A DNA stretch of 64,000 nt from a virus: IMG/VR virus record IMGVR_UViG_3300029554_000001. One strand, given 5' to 3'. A program made the translations under genes and the position numbers. Below are positions 56,739 to 64,000 of the stretch, piece after piece. The notes under the pieces are model-generated. The model saw only the letters and a program-made list of their open reading frames with translations, had not been told where the DNA came from and searched no databases. Within the stretch, counting starts at the first letter, position 1, and each line of letters opens with the position of its first letter.

Positions 56739-56826
56739 TACAATACCGAGAGAGAGATGGAATGTCTTTCTCTCGGTATTAAAACAATAAAAACAATTTT
56801 TTATTATTACAATTTAACAAAGAAAC

Positions 56827-56889
56827 AAAAAGAGCTGTATTTATGAAATCTATCTTTTTAAATTTAGATTTTATAAATATGCTCTTTTT
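56827..56889 (+). terminator. long hairpin plus T-run
   Basis: AAAAGAGC...TTTAGATTT...GCTCTTTT followed by TTTA; a second hairpin ATACCGAGAGA/TCTCTCGGTAT lies at 56743-56779. Confidence 0.55.
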
Positions 56890-57044
56890 ATGTTATATAC
56901 ATACATTTATAATATAAATTGATATACATGTAATATAAGAAGAACATAAAATTAACCTAACCAATTAGTAATACTGGTTAGATTTTTGATTTGTCTACGA
57001 TGTACAGGTGGATAAATTTGAAAAACATTAGAAAGGAGACAATA

Positions 57045-57428
57045 ATGGCTAATATTAGTAAAATCAAATTACCGAATGTGGGTACTCCATATAACATAGC
57101 TGATAGTACTGCTCGTAGTACTGCTGTTCAAGCAGCAACAGATGCTGAAACAGCTCTAACAACTGCTAATGAAGCTAAAACTGCGGCCTCTAATGCCCAA
57201 AGCACTGCTGATAGTAAAACAGCGAATTCTATTACTATGAATGGTAGTTCTAATGCTAATCCTACTTTCTATGCACCAACAACCGCTGGTACAAACGGTT
57301 ATTTTTTAAAAAGCAATGGCTCTGGAGCTCCAACGTGGGAGGCAATGAGTAGTGGTCCAGACATTGTAGTTAGTAGCTCTCAGCCCTCTGGTCAGAAGAA
57401 CGGAGATTTTTGGTATCAAATAGTTTGA
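57045..57428 (+). CDS. fibre-like protein, N-terminus MANISKIKLPNVGTPY, C-terminus NGDFWYQIV
   Basis: ATG 57045 follows AAAGGAG (the track TTG start at 56991 is unlikely); Ala/Thr-rich coiled segment. Confidence 0.6.
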   Translation: MANISKIKLPNVGTPYNIADSTARSTAVQAATDAETALTTANEAKTAASNAQSTADSKTANSITMNGSSNANPTFYAPTTAGTNGYFLKSNGSGAPTWEAMSSGPDIVVSSSQPSGQKNGDFWYQIV

Positions 57429-57536
57429 TATAAATTAAAAAGACATTACTATAATTAAATGTAATTCTACTTTCGTTTATTATGGGCGTTTACACGAAAT
57501 TATATTTATTTATAAAGAAAGGAGTGACAGCTTTTA

Positions 57537-57821
57537 ATGGTATTTAGGAAAGAAAAAGTAGTCTTTACCGCTGGTGGAATAAGAGAATTTCATGTTCCAT
57601 CCTCAGTTAGCATGGTTAAGCTTGAAGTTAAATCTGGAAGCGTAACGGTAGAAGGAAGGTTAACTCAAGATAGTGACTATGTTTAGATTTCAGGTGTTAA
57701 AGCCGATTTAACTAAGTCAGCGGTCGCTCCCTAGGGAATTACTTCTTTTGAAGTTGCACGGTATCATCAAATACGTTTATCTTATAGCGGTACTGACCCA
57801 GTAATTAGCGTAATGTTATAA
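57537..57821 (+). CDS. hypothetical 94-aa protein; two TAG codons
   Basis: ATG after AAAGGAG; TAG near 57684 and 57732; stop TAA 57819. Confidence 0.5.
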
Positions 57822-57835
57822 GGGAGGGCTGAATT

Positions 57836-58423
57836 ATGGCAAACGAAGCTATCTCTAATATTGCTTTACTGTATAGTATGGCAGCGCTATCTGGTGAAGG
57901 TGGTTCGGGCGGTGGAAGTGGTGGAACCGTATCCGTAAAGGTTCATGCTACATATACTATAGAATCCACAGAAGAAGCGCGAGTAGAAAACGTAGGTACA
58001 GAAAAAGAAGTACAACTTGATTTTTATATTCCTAGGGGATTAGATGGAAAATCCTCTTAGTGGTACATTTCTGATGGCAAACCTCGGTCTGCTGTCGAGG
58101 GAAGTACAGAGGGAGATTTAATTTTATATACTACAGGAGATGTTTATAAAGTAATAAATGGAGTTCCTGTAGACCAGCATCTTAGTTTAAATGTAGGACA
58201 AAGTGATGGTCCATACACTTATGCTGTAAAAGCTGGATTCAAAGGTAGTGAAGAAAAATTCCAAGAACTCTGGTTAGCATCGTTAAATAGTGGATATACC
58301 AACTCCATACTGGACGGTGGCGAAAGCGATTTCTCTGAATTTAATGTTCAGAATGACGGCGGTGAAGGAGACAGCAAGACTCATCATCTCAGAGTAGACG
58401 GAATAAATGAATTGGACGATTGA
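57836..58423 (+). CDS. fibre-associated protein (Gly-rich linker, LDFYIPRGLDGK motif); one TAG
   Basis: ATG after AGGGAGGG; TAG 58058 extends ORF 57836..58060 to TGA 58421. Confidence 0.55.
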
Positions 58424-58868
58424 TAAGTGACTGTGTAATTGTTCTATGAAGGCATGAGGTACAGATAAGTACAGTTTTGAAGTCTGAGAACAATAAGCAC
58501 GAATCTTTCGATGAACAAGTATTTATATATTGAGTAAGAATAGTTAGATATTTTTAACAATTGTTAAGAATTAAAAACGTGATTTTATTTGGTTATAAAC
58601 CACAAGATATAGGGGTGTTAATTTTACAACAATACCATATATGGTAGTCATCGCGTCTGACAATTTCTTGCTCAAAAATATTTGTATTATTATTTATAAA
58701 CCTATGAATATAGTAGGTTTGTTTGTGTATTCTTATACACGCAAAGCCCATTACACAGGGGCTTTAATATTAATGGGAGACCTCCAATTATGCAAGAAAT
58801 CTTGCAGAAATAGGGCATGATTGGGGGTAAATAGATGCGTTTTCGTTGCAGGAAAACGCCGATTAAAC

Positions 58869-59354
58869 ATGAGTGTTCAAGTTGTTAACTCTGGAGGGTC
58901 TGACCCGAAATTGGGCGCATTCAGTGTAAAGTCAACGAAAATAATAGCAACATAGCTCGCTTCTTCATATAATCTTGAGGGTTTTAGTCAAGTAACCGTG
59001 AATCCAGTACAAATTTATAATGTAATTAGCACCGCAACTTATAGCACAGACGCATGGAATTCTTATAAAGCAACATGTACTCTTCCATATTAGGTGACTA
59101 AAAACTCAATTTGGCGGATTTTTTGGAGCTTTTGGGGAAAGGTAACTGTTTCTTCCTATGAAACAAACCAAGTTTGTGGTATTTTCATCCCTGACTCAAA
59201 TATTAATATATCTGTTATGAGTTGGGGCAGTATGGGGTTTAATTCCATTTATATGGCTAATGGATATACCAATAGTTTTACTATAAATGTAGTCAATAAC
59301 GGTACAATGTAGGTAGAAAGTGGCAATAACACCTTTGTTTATGTAATATATTAA
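58869..59354 (+). CDS. MSVQV-family fibre/RBP paralogue P (161 aa); three TAG codons
   Basis: ATG AGT GTT CAA GTT; the frame links to ORF 59094..59312 and on to TAA 59352. Confidence 0.55.
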
Positions 59355-59378
59355 CGTTGCGTCCAATTGCCAATATGC

Positions 59379-60449
59379 GTGTCAGTTCAGGTAGTCAATT
59401 TTAGTGGAGCTGGAGCGGATGAAATTTTAACTATTAATGATATTGAGCCAAGTGGTAGTATGCGTTCTTTTACTAGTAAAAACGGAGGGTACAGTAAAGT
59501 TATTATTCCAAAAAGTACACTTCCTCTTTTTTCTTTGGTTAATAGTTATTCTAATAACAATATTAATTATTCTAGTCTTTTATGCAATATAACAGAAAAT
59601 AATTATATTGTCATTCGGTCATACGGTGACTGTTATTGCTTTTTTAATAATAAATTATAGCTTACAAAACTGTCTAATGAAATGCCAGAAATAAAAGATA
59701 TTTCAGCATGGATTTATGGTCAAGCAGTAGCATTTGGAAATGGTAAAATTGTTATTACATTAAGGATGTCTCCTTTTAGTGGAGGAGATAGTGAATATCT
59801 CGGAATAGTTATTTTTAATTATAATTCTTCTACTGGTTTTTCTTTTTACAAAAGTTATAAACATACATCATTAGGTGGACAAGGAATACACCGCCTTTGT
59901 TATTTTAATAATAAATTTTATATGTCTGTTGATTCAACTTATAAATTATACTCTTCCAACAACGGGGAAAATTTTTCAGAAGTATCCGCAATTACTGAAA
60001 ATTGTTTAAATTTAGATTGCAATTCTTCTTATTTGTTTGTCAGAACACCATATGGGCTAAATTATTCTACTGATGGAACCTCGTTTTCTTTGTTAAGTAA
60101 TACTAATAATATGTATATTAATAATGTAATTTGTAGCGATATTGTTGCCGTAGAAGTGAGAGAAAACGACATGTCTGTGTGGAAACAATTTCAAAATGGA
60201 ACTTTAACTAATATTTTATATTCATACAATGGATATTACCATGAATTTAGATAGTATGGGAATTATTAGTTAATATTTATTACAAATCAATATTTTTTAA
60301 TAATTAAAAACAAAAATACTGGCGAATCAATACAAAAAAATTATATGTATGGCAATTTTGCTACAACTCCTGTAATAAATAATAAAATTTTTTTTGCTTA
60401 TGGTTCCAGAGGAATATCAGTGTTAGATTTAAGCTTTATGCAAATATAA
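59379..60449 (+). CDS. MSVQV-family RBP paralogue Q with a C-terminal BNR/Asp-box beta-propeller-like domain; three TAG codons
   Basis: GTG TCA GTT CAG GTA start; TAG 59658 joins ORF 59367..59660 to ORF 59682..60254; Asp-box-like YSSNNGENFS and YSTDGTSFS; TAG 60252 and 60267 extend it to TAA 60447. Confidence 0.55.
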
Positions 60450-60471
60450 TGTAGCAATAAAATGCCAGTAT

Positions 60472-61113
60472 GTGAGCGTACAGGTAAAATCATCAGGTTC
60501 ATCACCAACATTGCAATCTCGTACTGTTACTCCTTCAAGTTCTACTCAATATATTACACCTCAAAGTCGGTATGACGCTTTGAATTAGGTTACTGTATAG
60601 GGAGATAGTAATTTGGTTAGCTCTAATATTAAGAGTGGCGTTAGTATATTTGGAGTTAGTGGAAGTTTAACACAAGGGAAACAAGTTTTTGTAACAAATA
60701 ATTCTAATGCCTCTACTGCTATGTAGGAAAACATTACTTTTACATTTGATTATAATTTAGCACAATTTTCTAGCAGTATTCCTTATTATATAGGAGTAAA
60801 CCGTCAAGCGGCTGCATCGTTTGTTCGGTCAACAAGCCCAGATGATTTAACAGTTGAAAGTTTTTCTTACTTAGGATTTGAAGTTTCTCCTTATGTAACG
60901 GGGTGTTTATTAACAACAGTAGCTCAATATAATCCACAAACAACTTACATTGAAACTCATATTATAGGACGGACTCTAAACTCTTTAGAATGGACAATAA
61001 ATAATTACACTTTAACTTTAAAAATAGCAAATTACACTCCTTCTACAAAATTGTTATTTTTAGATAATAAACTTACTAAAAATTCTTCTTATATATGTAC
61101 ATTAATTTTTTAA
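60472..61113 (+). CDS. MSVQV-family RBP paralogue A; three TAG codons
   Basis: GTG AGC GTA CAG GTA start; LQSRTVTPSSSTQYITPQSRYDALN-Q-VTV-Q-GDSNLVSSNIKSGVSIFGVSGSL parallels 61624..62364. Confidence 0.6.
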
Positions 61114-61137
61114 TTTGAAAGGAGGAATATACGACAT

Positions 61138-61461
61138 ATGGCAACAACTAAAAACATTCTCATGAAGCAAAAAAATTCTTCTGATTATGATACTATTTAT
61201 CCTATTACAGAAGAAACTTATACAAATGTTACCATGACTAGTGGCGGTTGGAGTAGCTCTTAGTATAGCTTTGAGGATACTTATCCTAATGCAAAGTATA
61301 ATATTTCTGTATCCGTGGCAAGTACGGCAAGTTCTGCTCAATTCGATGCTTTCGGTAAAGCTAAAATTGTTGGTAATGCAACTACTAATGTCGTTAAAGC
61401 TTTGGGAACAGTTCCTACTGTTGATATACCTGTAATGTTAAAGATTACTAGGAAGGGTTAA
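61138..61461 (+). CDS. 107-aa fibre-module protein, paralogue of 62361..62690; one TAG
   Basis: ATG after AAAGGAGG; TAG 61261; MATTKNILMKQKNSSDYDTIYP...SAQFDAFGKAKI...KALGTVPTVDIPVMLK. Confidence 0.6.
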
Positions 61462-61546
61462 GATTTTTTGGGTTTTTAATATTACTTTGCAAACTATAGT
61501 TTTAAAAATGATACTATAGTTTAATTAAAATTTTAATTAAATTATA

Positions 61547-61589
61547 AAGCCTAGGAGTTATTGTTCTTGCGATGGTAACTCTTAGGCTT
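61547..61589. terminator. hairpin between the convergent gene sets (bidirectional terminator candidate)
   Basis: AAGCCTAGGAGTTA / TAACTCTTAGGCTT stem, midway between stops 61461(+) and 61624(-). Confidence 0.55.
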
Positions 61590-61623
61590 GAAAAATAAAT
61601 AATAAACAAGTAATTTAAAGATA

Positions 61624-62364
61624 TTAATTTGTTACTATGGCATATAAATAAGTCATTTCTCCTCCAAATGTATAATACCCAGAATAATTCACCGTAAGAA
61701 TACCATCTGATAATTGATAACTAAATTCTATTCCAAAGGATATTGCCTCATCCCGTTTTGCCATAAAAAATTTATTAGAACCTGAAACAACAGAAGAATA
61801 ACCAGCTACTATAAGTTCTCCATCATAAGGTTTTTCTTGCGCTAAAAGTACAACAAATAATATATTTTCATTAGAAGTAATGCCAGAAACGGGAATTGTC
61901 AAACTTGTTGAGCTATTACTATTAAAATAGGCTCCGTAATATCCTTTTTGTCCAGTTCCGCCACTAGATAGACTTCCATTCACGCCAAATATACTAATAC
62001 CAGATTTAATATTTTCTGAGATTAGATTGGAATCTCCATACACATACACCCCACTTAATCCACTATATCCAGAAGAAGGTGTAATGTTTTGCGGGTAAGA
62101 AGCGGGAGTTACATATTGGGTTGATTGATTATTTGTTCTGGCTGTAACAGAAGATAGTCCACTATACCCTGAATCTGGAGACACTGTGGCAGAACTTGAA
62201 GAAAGAGTTACAGATTTACTCTGTAAATTAGGTTTTACAGTTATAGAAGACATTCCATCATAACCAGATTGCGGTGAAAATGTAGTTGCTGAGGTAGATG
62301 TAAGACTAACGCTTCTTGATTGAAGATTAGCTCCTCCACCTTGAGTAAGGACTTCTACGCTCAT
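61624..62364 (-). CDS. MSV[QE]V-family RBP paralogue B
   Basis: ORF track; three tandem LQS[RK]SV[ST]L.S.SAT..P.SGY.G[ML]SS[IV]T modules, then GDSNLISENIKSGISIFGVNGSL; its ATG overlaps the upstream TGA (ATGA). Confidence 0.7.
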   Translation of the reverse strand: MSVEVLTQGGGANLQSRSVSLTSTSATTFSPQSGYDGMSSITVKPNLQSKSVTLSSSSATVSPDSGYSGLSSVTARTNNQSTQYVTPASYPQNITPSSGYSGLSGVYVYGDSNLISENIKSGISIFGVNGSLSSGGTGQKGYYGAYFNSNSSTSLTIPVSGITSNENILFVVLLAQEKPYDGELIVAGYSSVVSGSNKFFMAKRDEAISFGIEFSYQLSDGILTVNYSGYYTFGGEMTYLYAIVTN

Positions 62365-62690
62365 ACTTTATTCACCACCTTTAAAACAACGGGAATGTCT
62401 GTTGAGATTGGAACTGTGCCTAAAGCTTTAATTGTATTAGAAGTAGATGAACTTCCAATTTTAGCCTTTGTAAAAGCATCAAACTATGTAGATGTAGCTG
62501 TAGATGATACAGAGATGGATAAATTATATTTGGAATTCGGATAGTCGGATTCAAAACTATATGCTCCACTTGACCAAGATGCTCCATAGAGTGTGTAATT
62601 AACATATTGAACTGGTGGGCTGAATGGATATAATTTATCGTAAGACCGAGAATCATTCTTCTGTTGGATGAGAACATTCTTGTCAGCCAT
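62361..62690 (-). CDS. 109-aa fibre-module protein, paralogue of 61138..61461; one TAG
   Basis: ORF 62484..62690 continues through TAG 62484-62486 to TGA 62361; ...TST-Q(TAG)-FDAFTKAKI aligns with ...SSA-Q(CAA)-FDAFGKAKI. Confidence 0.65.
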
Positions 62691-62856
62691 AATTGACTCC
62701 TTTCTATGTATATAAGTATAGAATTAAAAAGTATTATTAGTTTGATAGTTTTTAATTTTATAATATTAAATGCATATATTAAAATAAATGATATTAATGG
62801 GAAAACAGGTGCGTTTTGTGCTATATTTAATTGGGCAGTTTAAAGCAACTCATCTT

Positions 62857-63474
62857 TTAAATAAATAAAGTCATTTCAACCTAGCTCGCTGTTATTGTAT
62901 TGTAATACCAAGTATTATAAATTCCCCTACTTTCAAAACTAAGTATTATACCATTATCAGTAAGCTATCCCCGTTTGTATATGACAGACATAATAGCTTG
63001 TAAATTAGTATAACTATAATCATATAAGGGATAATTGGTATATATTCCCGATGGTGTTAAATTTCCAGTGCCAGAATCATTATACAACCCACAATTAATA
63101 CCAGAATACATTAATATTCCACTTTTTATTGGAGAGCTTGGAAAAGCCACAAATAGAGCAATCCCGCACAATTTCTTAATATATGATAAATAACTATTAT
63201 CCCAAGCATATTGATAGTTACTACCCGTTGATTGAGTTCCATTATTAAAGTTTAATGTTGGGGTTTTATAATAATTAGACCCATCATAAGTAAAAGTAAC
63301 GTTCTTAAAAGAGAAAAACGTATAGCCATAACTATTACTCTATAAACTAACACTAGATAAACCATCATAACCAGAATCAGGTTGTATAAATTGCGAATAT
63401 AAAAAACTAGAGTATGCTACTTTTGATTGTAATTTAGGTTCAGAACCACCAGAACTAGCAACCTAAACACTCAT
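62857..63474 (-). CDS. MSVQV-family RBP paralogue Y (205 aa); TAG at codon 4 and four more
   Basis: ATG AGT GTT TAG GTT = M-S-V-Q-V; contains ORF 62965..63171 in frame; QPDSGYDGLSSVSL module; stop TAA 62857. Confidence 0.6.
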
Positions 63475-63502
63475 TTAGATTTAGGCATTAATAGACAACT
63501 AT

Positions 63503-64000
63503 TTATATATAAAAATAAGCAGTTCCTGTTCTTTGAAGAGAAGAAAAATTGGCAAATTGCTAATACATATCAGTAGACATACCCCAAGAAAATGACAAAG
63601 TAGAAGAGGGCAAAGAAGAAATGGATATGCCTGTATCAAGTCCGTAATAAACAGTCGTATTATTGTTAATAGTAGCATTAATACCACAATTTCCAGAATG
63701 GATTGCCGTGAGAATCGAACCTGACTCTATCCAAGCAACATCCCATTCACAAGCATAAAAACCAAATGCACTAAAGCTTGTACTATTACTTTGTTGCCAC
63801 AATGAAATTGTAGCAGCATAGACAAAAGGGAAATAAGAAGTTGTGAAAGAATAAGGAATAGGTATAGATATAGAAACCATATACATCTATCCAAACCGAT
63901 TTAAATTTTCTTGCTAAACTGTTTCTTGCGAAGAAGTCCAAGATAAATCTGTTTTCAGTTTTTCTACTCCTTTGTAATTACCTATCACACCAAAAATATT
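63503..64000 (-). CDS. C-terminal part of a further fibre/RBP paralogue (5' end outside the window); several TAG codons
   Basis: The frame containing ORF 63560..63886 is free of TAA/TGA from 64000 down to TAA 63503; it begins NIFGVIGNYKG, matching the [IV]SIFGV.GSL segment of the paralogues. Confidence 0.5.

Noticed and set aside
1-64000. Amber-suppressor tRNA, other tRNAs, rRNA
   Set aside because: I scanned the non-coding stretches by eye for cloverleaf hallmarks (GTTCGAATC-type T-arms, TAGCTCAG-type D-arms) and found none. Whatever decodes TAG must lie outside this window or come from the host. A tRNAscan run is still needed.
58869-64000. Invertible host-range segment (shufflon / Gin-Cin-like)
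   Set aside because: The convergent paralogues are suggestive. However, there is no recombinase gene in the window, the shared 5' regions are only about 70-80% identical, and each copy has its own start codon. I report it only as a paralogue cluster.
1-64000. Assignment to crAss-like phages of Bacteroidota (first impression from TAG recoding, introns and an RdRP-like polymerase)
   Set aside because: Nearly every gene has a strong GGAGG-type SD and the promoters are TTGACA-17-TATAAT. Both features are atypical for Bacteroidota and fit Gram-positive-like expression signals. I saw no recognisable crAss-type capsid or portal genes. Taxonomy is left open.
1-64000. Integrated prophage with att sites
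   Set aside because: No integrase or recombinase, no flanking bacterial genes, and uniform phage-like gene density across the window.

Overview
64-kb fragment of a low-GC, tightly packed dsDNA phage (possibly phage-plasmid-like) genome. Layout: (i) 1-3.7 kb: three or four rightward genes behind consensus TTGACA-17-TATAAT promoters, set in repeat-rich non-coding DNA. (ii) 4.3-36.4 kb: a ~32-kb block of ~65 small leftward genes, all readable in the standard code (SAM methyltransferase, SprT-like protease, two PcfJ-like proteins, DUF932-like, ParB-like nuclease, dNMP-kinase-like, Ntn-hydrolase). (iii) 36.4-36.85 kb: a divergent promoter region. (iv) 36.85-61.5 kb: rightward genes that only make sense if TAG is a sense codon, most likely Gln. 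They include an NT5C/HAD nucleotidase, an RdRP-family (YonO/QDE-1-like) single-subunit RNA polymerase split by a group I intron with a LAGLIDADG endonuclease, HU, a CHAP endolysin, a large terminase split by two group I introns each carrying a TAG-containing GIY-YIG endonuclease, and a long tail-fibre/receptor-binding module. (v) 61.6-64 kb: leftward, TAG-containing fibre paralogues converging on the rightward ones. Strong Shine-Dalgarno sites and sigmaA-type promoters suggest a Gram-positive-like host (inference). I saw no rRNA, tRNA, CRISPR, integrase or recombinase. The most unusual content is ~10 repeated intergenic cassettes inside the leftward block. Each has an SD-led mini-ORF (23-26 aa, one peptide family) whose second codon is TAG in 9 of 10 copies. 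Seven of the ten mini-ORFs are bracketed by two hairpins with complementary loops that co-vary between cassettes. Eight consensus promoters point antisense into the cassette regions, which hold all ten mini-ORFs. I read this as a candidate genetic-code-switch-sensing riboregulator or type-I-toxin-like system. That reading is inference from sequence only. Coordinates not taken from the ORF track were derived by hand and may be off by 1-2 nt.
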